Part shown: positions 9,375-18,641 of the stretch, one piece after another
Layout of the letters: each line of letters begins with the position of its first letter
Position numbering within the stretch: the stretch's first letter is position 1
Source: Alphaproteobacteria bacterium
GTDB taxonomy: Bacteria; Pseudomonadota; Alphaproteobacteria; UBA828
Direction of reading: 5' to 3'
Length of the DNA: 64,000 bases
NCBI GenBank assembly: GCA_965237415.1
Contig: CBDEFM010000001.1
Span: 128,001-192,000, forward strand
Notes under the pieces: model-generated
Database searches by the model: none
Told to the model about the DNA's origin: nothing
What the model saw: the letters and a program-made list of their open reading frames with translations, nothing else
Position numbers and translations under genes: made by a program

Positions 9375-10484
9375 CTAAACCTCCACCCGCACGGCACCCG
9401 CCGCGAGCGGCGCGAGCCGTGCCGGATCGAAGGGCTCGAGGTCCACGGTCTTGGCCGCTCCGTCGGCGATCAATTCTGCGACCGCCTCGCCCGTGGCCGG
9501 GCTGTTCAGCATTCCCCACACAGAATGACCCGTCGCCACATAGGCACCCTCTACGCCGGGGACGGCACCGATGAGCGGCAGCCCGTCTTCGGCGACGGGG
9601 CGATAGCAGGCCTGCTCGGCCAGCACCTCGGCACCGCCCAGAGCCGGCGCGAATTGCGCCGTCATGGCGCGGAGCCGGGCCGCGCCGCCCTCGTCCGGCA
9701 CCACGGCGGCGGGGTCCACCGGTAGCGGCGCCTCGCTGGAGAGGCCGCAGACGTAGGTCGTGCCGTCGGGCCGGGGAAACACTTCCGGCGAGGCGAGAGC
9801 GCCGCCCTCGGTCTCGAGCTCCACGAAGAGCGCGTGGGGCACCGGCGTCGGCGCATAGCGGAAGACCAGGCTGTGGCCCTTCAAGCCATAGACCGCCGGC
9901 AAGGGCAGCCATTGGCTGGCTAGAACCGACCATGGGCCCATGGCGATGACGACCGCATCGCCGGCGATCTCCTGCCCGTCCACCACGATGCCTTGCACGG
10001 CACCGTCGGCGCCTTGCACCAGGCCGGTGACGGTGCCGATCGTCAATCGCGCACCCGCGGCGAGCGCCGCCCGCATCATGGCACCGGTGAAGGCGGCGGG
10101 ATTTACCTGGGCCGTGGTCTCGGCGGTGCCAAGACGGGCATGCACCGCCGCGTCGCCCGCGAGCCAGTCGGGCGCCGCCAACTTGCGGTAGAAGCCCACG
10201 TCGCGGCGCGCGCTGGTCACGACGCCGAGCGTATCGAGCCGGCGGTATCCCCACTCGTCGTCGATCCTCTGAGCGAGCTCGGCGTGCAGGTCGAAGCTGC
10301 GCCGTGCCAACGCCTCGACGGGAGAGCCATCGCACCAGTCGAGCGCGAGGAACCCTCCCGACTTGCCCGAGGCCGCGTTGGCGATACCGGTGCGCTCGAT
10401 CACCACGGCCTCGATGCCGCGCTGGCTGAGGAAGTAGGCGATCGACGCGCCGATCACGCCGCCCCCGCAGATCAACACGCGCAT
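9375..10484 (-). CDS. FAD-dependent oxidoreductase, DAO family
   Basis: GGGVIG Rossmann motif, ASGKSGG, CYRP..DGLPLIG, ATGHSVWG. Confidence 0.88.
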   Translation of the reverse strand: MRVLICGGGVIGASIAYFLSQRGIEAVVIERTGIANAASGKSGGFLALDWCDGSPVEALARRSFDLHAELAQRIDDEWGYRRLDTLGVVTSARRDVGFYRKLAAPDWLAGDAAVHARLGTAETTAQVNPAAFTGAMMRAALAAGARLTIGTVTGLVQGADGAVQGIVVDGQEIAGDAVVIAMGPWSVLASQWLPLPAVYGLKGHSLVFRYAPTPVPHALFVELETEGGALASPEVFPRPDGTTYVCGLSSEAPLPVDPAAVVPDEGGAARLRAMTAQFAPALGGAEVLAEQACYRPVAEDGLPLIGAVPGVEGAYVATGHSVWGMLNSPATGEAVAELIADGAAKTVDLEPFDPARLAPLAAGAVRVEV

Positions 10485-10655
10485 GCGCGCCTCGCGACGG
10501 CCATTCTTGACCGCATAGTGATCGACATAGTGATCGACACGGCTTCTCCAATCGGGCCAGCGAAGCTCAGCCTAGCGCCGCCCCCGTCGCAGTTGCAAAG
10601 GCGGGGCCGTCCGCTACAGTCGGCGCCCTTTTGATCCACCGATGGACGGACGCTC

Positions 10656-11039
10656 ATGCTCAGCTGCGGGGAACTGATCGCACTCGTCGAGGACGCCTAC
10701 TTTTCCAATGTCGACAACAAGAACCTGGAGCCTGCGGTCGCTTGTTTCGCGGAGGATGCCGAACTCCGCATCCAATCTGCGCACGTGAGCCATGTCGGTC
10801 ACGATCAGATCAGGCGCATGTTCCGCGACTTCATGGGCACGACCAAGATCATCTATCACGGCGATTTCACCCACGTCGTCGACGTAGAGAACCAATGGAT
10901 CGCCTCGCAGTTCGTCGCCCGCAACGACTATGACGACGGCCGCCATGTGGAGATGCGCAACTGCAACTTCTTCCAGATCGTAGACGGCCGCTTCAAGCGC
11001 GTAACCATCTACATGACCGACGAGAACCCGCTGGTCTGA
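10656..11039 (+). CDS. SnoaL-like / NTF2-family protein
   Basis: 127 aa; YF..VD......CFAEDA, GHDQIRRMF, CNFF..VDGRF pattern. Confidence 0.75.
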   Translation: MLSCGELIALVEDAYFSNVDNKNLEPAVACFAEDAELRIQSAHVSHVGHDQIRRMFRDFMGTTKIIYHGDFTHVVDVENQWIASQFVARNDYDDGRHVEMRNCNFFQIVDGRFKRVTIYMTDENPLV

Positions 11040-11118
11040 CCGCGGTAATGCCGGGCGGCGCCTTGCGGCGTCCGGCGCTATTCGCCAGACTCGCGGCCGA
11101 AATCGCAAAGGGAAAGGC

Positions 11119-12129
11119 ATGAGCGCTCGCCCGCAGATCGACCCACCCTATCTGCTCTTCCTCGGCGATGCGCGGGACGACCTCGCCGCCAAGACCGCGC
11201 GCGGGGTGTTCGTCTTTCGGCCGGAGTGGTGCCTCGGCCAGCTCAGGCTGCCGGGGTGCAACGCCCGCCTCGACCTGCCCGAGATGACGTTGGAGGAGGC
11301 GGCGGCAAAGGGCGCAAAAAGCCTCATCGTCGGCGTCGCCAACGCTGGCGGGGTGGTTAGCGAAAGCTGGATCGCCACCCTGGTGGCGGCGCTGGAAACG
11401 GGCCTCGACGTGGCCAGCGGGCTTCATGTGCGCCTCAGCGACCTTCCGGCGGTGCGCGATGCTGCCGAGACGTACGGCAGGCATCTCTTCGACGTGCGCC
11501 ATCCGTCGCATGAATTCAAGGTGGGGACGGGCGTCCGCAGAGCCGGCAAGCGCCTGCTCACGGTGGGCACCGATGCCTCGGTCGGCAAGATGTACACTAC
11601 GCTCGCGCTGGAAGCCGAATGGCGCCGGCGGGGCGCCCCCTGCACCTTCCGCGCGACCGGGCAGACCGGCATCTTCGTCGCCGGCCGCGGGGTCTCGGTC
11701 GATGCGGTCGTAGCCGACTTCATCTCCGGTGCCACCGAGTGGCTCACGCCCGCGAACGACCCGAATCACTGGGACCTCGTCGAGGGGCAGGGCTCGCTCT
11801 TCCACCCCTCCTATGCCGGTGTGACGCTGGGTCTGATCCACGGCGCCCAGCCAGACGCGATCGTGGTCTGCCACGAGCCGACGCGGACCCATATGCGGGG
11901 CCTGCCGGGCTGGCCGCTGCCCGAGCTCGGCGCCTGTATCGAGGCCAACCTGCAGGCTGCGCGGCTCACCAATCCGGAAGTCGTCTGCGCCGGCATCTGC
12001 GTCAACACCGAGGCGCTCGGCGATGCCGAGGCGCAAGAGGTGCTAGCCGAGCTGGGCAAGGCGCACGGCCTCCCCTGCGTCGATCCCATCCGCACCGGCG
12101 CGGGCCCGATCGCCAACCGCGTGCTGTAA
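11119..12129 (+). CDS. dgcN: D-glutamate N-acetyltransferase DgcN (DUF1611)
   Basis: PYLLFLGDA...AAKTA.G..RPEW, VGTD.SVGKMYT, FRATGQTG, EGQGSLFHPSY; followed by dgcA. Confidence 0.88.
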   Translation: MSARPQIDPPYLLFLGDARDDLAAKTARGVFVFRPEWCLGQLRLPGCNARLDLPEMTLEEAAAKGAKSLIVGVANAGGVVSESWIATLVAALETGLDVASGLHVRLSDLPAVRDAAETYGRHLFDVRHPSHEFKVGTGVRRAGKRLLTVGTDASVGKMYTTLALEAEWRRRGAPCTFRATGQTGIFVAGRGVSVDAVVADFISGATEWLTPANDPNHWDLVEGQGSLFHPSYAGVTLGLIHGAQPDAIVVCHEPTRTHMRGLPGWPLPELGACIEANLQAARLTNPEVVCAGICVNTEALGDAEAQEVLAELGKAHGLPCVDPIRTGAGPIANRVL

Positions 12130-12141
12130 GGGGCCGGTTCC

Positions 12142-13125
12142 GTGAGGCGGCGTCTCACCGTGCGCCTCGAAACGTGGCCGCTCAAGGGCGCCTTCCGCAT
12201 CTCCCGCGGGTCGAAGACGGAGGCGCACGTCGTCGTCGCCGAGGTCGCCGACGGCCCCCACACGGGCCGTGGCGAGGCCGTCCCCTATCCCCGCTACGAC
12301 GAGACACCGGCGCGAACGCGCGCGGAGATCGAGGACGCGCGCGAGGCTGTGGAGGGCGGGCTTACCCGCGAAGGCCTGCTGGAGGCACTGCCGGCCGGCG
12401 CCGCTCGCAACGCGCTCGACTGCGCGCTCTGGGACCTGGAAGCGAAGCAGGCGGGCCGCCCGGCCTGGTCGCTGGCGGGGCTGAAGTCGCCAGAGCCCTG
12501 CGTCACCGCCGTCACACTCGGCCTCGATACACCCGAGAATATGGGTGAGGCTGCGGCCCGGCACGCGCACCTCCCTCTGCTCAAGCTCAAGGTCACCGGC
12601 GAGGGCGACCTCGCGCGCATCCAGGCGGTCCGCGCCAACGCGCCCGAGGCGAGGCTGATCGTGGATGCGAACGAGGGCTGGTCGCCGCCGATGCTGGATG
12701 AGCTGCTGCCGGCTCTCGCCGCGCTCGGAGTCGAGATGGTGGAACAGCCGCTGCCGGCGGCAGACGATGTGGCGCTCGAAGGCCGCAGCTTCGCGCTCCC
12801 GCTCTGTGCCGACGAGAGCTGCCACACACGCGCCGACCTGCCTGGGCTCGCCGGCCGCTACCCCATGGTCAACATCAAGCTGGACAAGACCGGGGGCCTC
12901 ACGGAGGCGCTCGCGCTCGCGGCCGAAGCGCAGGCCATGGGCTTTCGCATCATGGTGGGCAGCATGGTCGGCACCTCGCTCGCCATGGCGCCGGCTGCCC
13001 TGCTCGCCGGCTTCGCCGACTACGTCGACCTCGACGGCCCGCTGCTGCTGGCCCGCGACCGCTCGCCTGGGCTCAGCTACGACGGCGCGATGATGTCACC
13101 GCCGGAACCCGCGCTCTGGGGGTAG
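12142..13125 (+). CDS. dgcA: N-acetyl-D-glutamate racemase DgcA (enolase superfamily dipeptide epimerase)
   Basis: FRISRG.KT, LKLK, VDANEGW, VEQP, CADES, NIKLDKTGG, DLDGPLLL. Confidence 0.88.
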   Translation: MRRRLTVRLETWPLKGAFRISRGSKTEAHVVVAEVADGPHTGRGEAVPYPRYDETPARTRAEIEDAREAVEGGLTREGLLEALPAGAARNALDCALWDLEAKQAGRPAWSLAGLKSPEPCVTAVTLGLDTPENMGEAAARHAHLPLLKLKVTGEGDLARIQAVRANAPEARLIVDANEGWSPPMLDELLPALAALGVEMVEQPLPAADDVALEGRSFALPLCADESCHTRADLPGLAGRYPMVNIKLDKTGGLTEALALAAEAQAMGFRIMVGSMVGTSLAMAPAALLAGFADYVDLDGPLLLARDRSPGLSYDGAMMSPPEPALWG

Positions 13126-13137
13126 CCCGCTTTAGAT

Positions 13138-13176
13138 TCTTTACAAATTGAGTCTGGGTAAAGACTGAGATAGTGT
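13138..13176 (+). promoter_or_regulatory. Putative TA promoter with operator palindrome
   Basis: TCTTTAC-N13-GTAAAGA inverted repeat (13138-13164) overlapping TTGAGT-N17-TAGTGT. Confidence 0.45.
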
Positions 13177-13211
13177 TCGCCCGAATTGGACATGCCTGAA
13201 AGGACGTTGTC

Positions 13212-13439
13212 ATGCCGCGCGTGAGCGCCAAGCGCCAGATTACGCTGCCCATCGATCAGTGCAGAGAAGTCGGGATCGGGCCGGGGGACGAGTACCGCAG
13301 CTTCGTTGCCGATGGCCGTATCACCATCGTGCGAAAGACCGCTGGCGCGACCAAGGGATTCCTGCGTCATGTAGCCGGCGACCCCGCCGTTGGCGACGAA
13401 GAGTCCCTGCAGGACGCTCTGGACGAGTCGAAGCCTTGA
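13212..13439 (+). CDS. AbrB/MazE/SpoVT-family antitoxin
   Basis: VSAKRQITLP.......GIGPGD motif; stop overlaps toxin start. Confidence 0.85.
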   Translation: MPRVSAKRQITLPIDQCREVGIGPGDEYRSFVADGRITIVRKTAGATKGFLRHVAGDPAVGDEESLQDALDESKP

Positions 13440-13870
13440 TCGCCGTCGACACCAGTGTCTTGCTCCGGTATCTGCTGCACGACGATGAGGCCCAGGCAGC
13501 GCGGGCGGAGGCTGTTTTCGGTGCTGCCGAGACCGTTTTGATCACAGACGTTGTGCTTGCGGAAACCGTATGGACGCTCTCCGGCCGCAAGTACCGACTG
13601 GCCAAGGTCGAACTGGTGGCCGTCCTCGAACGGCTGTTCAGCGAGCCGAATGTCCGTTTCGAGGACGATCAGGCGGTTTGGCGCGCCCTGCAAGCGTACC
13701 GCAGCACCGCGCCGGCGGACGAGGCCGGGTCGGAGAAGGGTGCCGGCTTCGCCGATGCGCTGATCGTGTTCAAGGCGCAGCGTGCCGCATCGGACTCTGA
13801 CGAGACGCTGAACGGCGTCTACACCTTCGACGCGGCCATGGGGCGGCTGCCACACACCGTATCGCTCTGA
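13436..13870 (+). CDS. vapC: PIN-domain toxin, VapC family
   Basis: TTG start coupled to antitoxin stop; IAVDTSVLLRYL, VLAETVW, FADALI, TFD acidic PIN residues. Confidence 0.85.
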   Translation: MIAVDTSVLLRYLLHDDEAQAARAEAVFGAAETVLITDVVLAETVWTLSGRKYRLAKVELVAVLERLFSEPNVRFEDDQAVWRALQAYRSTAPADEAGSEKGAGFADALIVFKAQRAASDSDETLNGVYTFDAAMGRLPHTVSL

Positions 13871-14115
13871 AAGCAATCCGACGTAGGCTGCAGCCAGCCC
13901 GCCGCGCCAATCGGACGGTTCTCGACATCGGCATGGGGAGTCCACCACAAACTTTGCCGCCGGCCTCGCAACTGTGGCGGCGCGTATCGTAGGTGCGGGT
14001 CGCTACCATTTCCATTTGCCTGGGTCGCGGCCTTGTCTCCCTTCGTCCGATCTGAAATTCTGGCGGTGTGATAAGAAGGACCGGCTGGCACCGGACCGGC
14101 GCAGAGAGAGGGGCG

Positions 14116-14769
14116 ATGGGCCGTCTGCTGGAACTCGGGGAGCGGATGGAGCTCGTCTCCATGGACCCGCATTTCCACGACATCAGCATCTCCCTCTACC
14201 GCAGCAGCGGAGAGGGCGGCGCGTCGGGATTTCTCGCCCACAGCTACAGTGCGAAGGAGGGTGCTGAGGAGCGGCTTGGCTTCGTGATGCGGGCGATGGC
14301 GGTCATGGGCGGCATGGGGCCGGCGCCGGGTCAGCCCGATCGCCTGGCTTTCGCCTGCGGGGCCGCGCACAAGGCGGCGGTGAAGCGGCTCTTTCTCGAA
14401 GCCTGCAAGCGGGCGACGGGCGCCGAGGTTGCGGCGCAGCCCATGCGCGTCTACGACAAGAAGAACGATCTCACGATCGACGCGACAGCCGTCGGCGACG
14501 GGCGCTACCGGATCGCGGCCGCAGGCAGCGAGGGCAACGACAAGGCGGCGCAGCGCGTGGACGGCGTGACCAGGGGGTTGATCAAGCTCGCCGAGCTGGA
14601 GCCGGGTGCCGAGCCGGGCGAGGTTCGCTTCCCCTGCGGCCATGCCCATGACGCGCTGGTGGGCCTCCTGATCGGCCGGGCGCTCAACGTCCGTGCCGCC
14701 ATGCGCGAGGCGGAGGCGGCGGCGACGCGGGGCATTCTCGCCGCGCCGAGCGCGCAACAGCAGACCTGA
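14116..14769 (+). CDS. Hypothetical protein with two internal repeats each carrying FxCGxAH
   Basis: GAGGGG RBS; RLAFACGAAH and EVRFPCGHAH; first gene of the corrinoid operon. Confidence 0.75.
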   Translation: MGRLLELGERMELVSMDPHFHDISISLYRSSGEGGASGFLAHSYSAKEGAEERLGFVMRAMAVMGGMGPAPGQPDRLAFACGAAHKAAVKRLFLEACKRATGAEVAAQPMRVYDKKNDLTIDATAVGDGRYRIAAAGSEGNDKAAQRVDGVTRGLIKLAELEPGAEPGEVRFPCGHAHDALVGLLIGRALNVRAAMREAEAAATRGILAAPSAQQQT

Positions 14770-14787
14770 GGGTCGGGAGCGGAGACG

Positions 14788-15831
14788 ATGACGACAGTAC
14801 CCTCCATGACCAGCCGCGAGCGGGTGATGGCGGCGCTCCGGCGCGAGCCGGTGGACCGGACGCCCATATGCAACCCGACCTCGGTCGCGACCGTGGAGCT
14901 GATGGACCTGGTGGACGCCAACTTCCCGCTGGCGAACCGCGACCCCGAGCTGATGGCACGCCTCGCCGCGACCGGCCATACCGAATTGGGTTTCGACAGC
15001 ATCATGCCGGTCTTCTCGATCATCCAGGAATCGTCGGCGCTCGGCTGCAACATGCAGTGGGAGCAGAAGGACAATTGGCCGACGGTGCGCATGCGCGAGC
15101 CGATCTGGGAGGACGTGGACGACATCCGCATCCCCAACGACTTCCTCATGCACCCGGACATGCACTGCGTGATCGAGGCTATCCGCATCCTGCGGCGCGA
15201 GTTCGGCAACGAAGTGGCGATCATCGGCAAGACCATGGGGCCGTGGACGCTGGGCTATCACTGCTTCGGAGTGGAGCCCTTCCTGCTCATGTCGCTCGAC
15301 GATCCGGGCAAGACCAAGCTCGCGCTCGATCGCATGAAGGAGGCGACCATCCAGTTCGGCATGGCCCAGATCGAGGCCGGTGCCGATGCACTGACGGTCC
15401 CCGATCACGCCACCGGAGACCTGGTGAGCGCGGATTACTACAAGCGCTATCTCAAGGACCTGCACATCGAGTTCGTGGAGCGCCTGCCGGTGCCGCTCAT
15501 CCTCCATATCTGCGGACGCACGGTGGACCGCATGGGCTATATCGCCGAGACCGGGATCGCCGCGTTCCACTTCGATTCCAAGAACGATCCGGCCGAATCG
15601 ATGGCGGTGATGGACGACCGCGTGTCGCTGGTCGGCAACATCAACAATCCCGAGACGCTGTTCGCCAAGGGGCCGGAGGACGTGCGCAGGGAGGTCTATG
15701 CCAATCTCGACGCCGGCGTGCAGGCGGTGGGCCCGGAATGTGCCATCCCGCTCCAGACCTCGGTCGAGAACCTGCGCGAGATTCCGCTGGCGGTGCGCGA
15801 TTGGCACGCCGAGCGCGACCGCCCCCACTAA
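14788..15831 (+). CDS. MtaA/CmuA-family (UroD fold) Zn-dependent corrinoid methyltransferase
   Basis: MTSRERV start; VELMDLV..FP.AN.DPELMA.LA resembles archaeal MtaA; Zn ligands LHICG and GPEC. Confidence 0.85.
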   Translation: MTTVPSMTSRERVMAALRREPVDRTPICNPTSVATVELMDLVDANFPLANRDPELMARLAATGHTELGFDSIMPVFSIIQESSALGCNMQWEQKDNWPTVRMREPIWEDVDDIRIPNDFLMHPDMHCVIEAIRILRREFGNEVAIIGKTMGPWTLGYHCFGVEPFLLMSLDDPGKTKLALDRMKEATIQFGMAQIEAGADALTVPDHATGDLVSADYYKRYLKDLHIEFVERLPVPLILHICGRTVDRMGYIAETGIAAFHFDSKNDPAESMAVMDDRVSLVGNINNPETLFAKGPEDVRREVYANLDAGVQAVGPECAIPLQTSVENLREIPLAVRDWHAERDRPH

Positions 15832-15887
15832 GGCCCGCTAACGCCCGCCTCCCGTGACACCTCATCGCTCCCACCACTGAGTCCCCG

Positions 15888-16637
15888 ATGGCCGAGCTTT
15901 CCGACATCGCCAACGCGGTGATCCGCGACGAGATCGAGGAGTTCCTCGAGCGGCCCGACGAGATTGAGCGCAACGTCGCGCTATTCGCGCGGGTGCGGCC
16001 CGAGATGCAGGAGATCACCGCAGCCCTGATCGAGGGCGACAATCACACCGTGGACGCGCTGACCGTCAAGGCACTGGAGGAGGGCACGGAAGCGCTCGAG
16101 ATCATGGACGACGGGCTCATCGCCGGCATGGGCATCGTCGGCATCAAGTTCCGCGAGAACTTCATTTTCGTGCCCGAGGTGCTGGCCTGCGCGCGGGCGA
16201 TGAAGGCGGGCATGGCCCATATCGAGCCGATCCTGTCTGCCGCCGGCGTCGAGCCCATCGGCACCGTCATCATGGGCACGGTCAAGGGCGACCTGCACGA
16301 CATAGGCAAGAACCTCTGCATCATGATGCTGGGCGGCGCCGGCTTCGAGGTGGTGGACCTCGGCGTGGACACCTCCGAGGACGAGTTCATCGCAGCACTC
16401 GAGGAGCACAAGGCGCCGATCATGGGCATGTCGGCGTTGCTCACCACGACGATGCCGAACATGGGCAGGACCATCGAGGCGCTGATCGACGCCGACCTCC
16501 GCGACGACGTGATGGTGATGGTGGGCGGCGCCCCGGTGACCCAGGAGTTCGCCGACGACATGGGCGCCGACGGCTACGGCAAGGACGCGCTCTCCTGCGT
16601 GGCGCTCGCCAAGAAGCTCATGGAAGAGCGCGGATAG
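15888..16637 (+). CDS. Corrinoid (B12)-binding methyltransferase protein, MtaC/MttC-like
   Basis: Cap domain FVPEVL..ARAM; GTVKGDLHDIGKN (DxHxxG); MSALLTTTM; MVGGAPV. Confidence 0.92.
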   Translation: MAELSDIANAVIRDEIEEFLERPDEIERNVALFARVRPEMQEITAALIEGDNHTVDALTVKALEEGTEALEIMDDGLIAGMGIVGIKFRENFIFVPEVLACARAMKAGMAHIEPILSAAGVEPIGTVIMGTVKGDLHDIGKNLCIMMLGGAGFEVVDLGVDTSEDEFIAALEEHKAPIMGMSALLTTTMPNMGRTIEALIDADLRDDVMVMVGGAPVTQEFADDMGADGYGKDALSCVALAKKLMEERG

Positions 16638-16646
16638 GCCGGGCCG

Positions 16647-18641
16647 TTGCCGAAAATCAGCCAGCAGGACTATCAGCAGCGGCTCGACCGGCTCACCGAG
16701 ATTTTTTCGGACATCGTAAGCCACGCCGACGTGCAGGCGACGCAGCGCTGCCCCTACCGCGACGCGCGCGACCGCTGCACGGCCGCCTTCTCCTGCGGCA
16801 ACCAGATCGCCGCCGTGGAGAAGGGCGAGCCCGCGACCTGCGGCCATGACGGCACCTTCGACTACAGCCTCGCGTGGGAAACCGACCCCGCCACCCGCGA
16901 GCGCGCCCGTAAGCGCCTCGGTCTAATCAAGCAGAGCGCCGCGGCGCGCCGCGAAGGCGGAGCGCTGCCGGTCGGGCCGGGCACCGTCTCCCACGACGGC
17001 AAGATTCAGCCGCTCGCCATCGGTATGACGCTCTTCGACTGCGCCGACGAGCTTGCCGTCGAGGTGCCGACATCGTGCCTCCGCAACGGCCGCTGCCACG
17101 AGTGCGTGGTCGAGGTGACCGGTGGCAAGGATGCGCTCTGCGCACGCACCGAGGCGGAGAGCTTTCTGCGGCCTCCCTACCGCCTCGCCTGCCAGGCGGT
17201 GGTCGAGCGGGACGATATCGATGTCACCTTCGCGCCGCTTCGCCGCCGCCCGCGCATTCTGGTCCGCGCCCATGCCGATGCAGCCGGTGCGCCTGAGACC
17301 CTCGACCCTCTCGTTACGCGGCGGGGCGCCGACGTGCTCTACGACGGCCGCGTGGTAGACCGCTACCGGGGGCACATGCTCGGGCTCGCGGTCGATCTCG
17401 GCACCACGACGGTGGTCCTCGACTTCGTCGATCTGGAGACCGGGAAGAGCGTGCACAGCGCCGCCTTCGAGAACCCGCAGGCCTTCGGCGGCAGCGACGT
17501 GATGCACCGCATCTCCTTCGACCGCGACGACAAGGCGGGCGAGCTGCAGAAGGCCGCCGCGACCGCCATCAGCCGCGCCATTATGGACGGCTGCGCGCGG
17601 CTGGGGCTGGGCCGCGAGACAATCTACGAGATCGTGGTCGCGGCCAACCCGACCATGCGCGATATCCTGTTCAAGCTCGACGTGCAAGGGATCGGCCAGA
17701 AGCCTTACAAGTCTTCCATCGAGCACGCCTTCCTCGCGGGCGAGCGCGCCGACACGGCGCTCACGGCGCTGGCCCGGCGCCTGGGTCTCCGCGCCAACCG
17801 CGAGGCGCGGGTGTATGGGCTCCCGCTGATCGCGAGCCACGTGGGCGGCGATGCGGCGGCTGCACTGGTGGCGCTGGAACAGGGGTTCGCGGACGCAGAG
17901 ACGGCGATGCTCGTGGACATGGGCACCAATACCGAGGTCGTGCTCAAGCACCGGGGCCGCCTGCTCGCCGCCTCCTGCCCGGCGGGGCCTGCGTTCGAGG
18001 GGGGACTGGTGCGCTACGGCATGCCGGCCTGCGACGGCGCCATCGAGACGGTGCGCCTCGGCGCGGACGGCGAGGCAATCTACGAGACCATCGGCGGGGC
18101 AGCGCCAGTGGGCCTCTGCGGCTCCGGCCTGATCGACCTGCTGGCGGAGCTTCGGCGGGGTGAATGGCTCACGGCCAAGGGCGTCTTCGCCGCCGACCGC
18201 AAGCAGATGGAAATGACGGTGGTGCCGGCGCACGGGATCACCTTCTCGAAGGAAGACGCCAGCAATCTCGGCCAGGCCAAGGCCGCCAACTATTGCGGCC
18301 AGTACATCGTCATGCGCGCGCTCGGCGTCGATCCCGCCGGGATCGAGAGGCTCTATCTCGCCGGCGGCTTCGCCAACTATGTGAATGTGCGCAACGCCGT
18401 CTCCATCGGCCTGCTGGCGCCGGTGCCGGAAGAACGCATCGTCAAGGCCGGCAACGCGGCGGCGCAGGGCGCCCGGGCGATCCTGCTGTCCGCCACCCGG
18501 CGCCGGGCGCTGGAGCGCGAGGTCCAGGCCATCGAGCATATCGAGCTCGAGACCACGCCCGATTTCTTCGATCTCTTCGTCGATGGCTGCCAGTTCAAGC
18601 CGATGCCATCGCACCTCGGGCCAGCAGGGACCGCCGCATGA
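16647..18641 (+). CDS. ASKHA-domain reductive activator of corrinoid enzymes (RACE/RamA-like) with 2Fe-2S domain and an extra Cys-rich N-terminus
   Basis: SCLRNGRCHEC...RLACQ; AVDLGTTT; NPQ.FGG.DV; VDMGTNTE; AGPAFEG; CGSG; AGGF. Confidence 0.88.
   Translation: MPKISQQDYQQRLDRLTEIFSDIVSHADVQATQRCPYRDARDRCTAAFSCGNQIAAVEKGEPATCGHDGTFDYSLAWETDPATRERARKRLGLIKQSAAARREGGALPVGPGTVSHDGKIQPLAIGMTLFDCADELAVEVPTSCLRNGRCHECVVEVTGGKDALCARTEAESFLRPPYRLACQAVVERDDIDVTFAPLRRRPRILVRAHADAAGAPETLDPLVTRRGADVLYDGRVVDRYRGHMLGLAVDLGTTTVVLDFVDLETGKSVHSAAFENPQAFGGSDVMHRISFDRDDKAGELQKAAATAISRAIMDGCARLGLGRETIYEIVVAANPTMRDILFKLDVQGIGQKPYKSSIEHAFLAGERADTALTALARRLGLRANREARVYGLPLIASHVGGDAAAALVALEQGFADAETAMLVDMGTNTEVVLKHRGRLLAASCPAGPAFEGGLVRYGMPACDGAIETVRLGADGEAIYETIGGAAPVGLCGSGLIDLLAELRRGEWLTAKGVFAADRKQMEMTVVPAHGITFSKEDASNLGQAKAANYCGQYIVMRALGVDPAGIERLYLAGGFANYVNVRNAVSIGLLAPVPEERIVKAGNAAAQGARAILLSATRRRALEREVQAIEHIELETTPDFFDLFVDGCQFKPMPSHLGPAGTAA

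Noticed and set aside
13871-14115. Cobalamin riboswitch upstream of the corrinoid operon
   Set aside because: No B12-box or GCCACTG/GGGAAG core visible by eye; an Rfam scan would be needed to exclude it fully.
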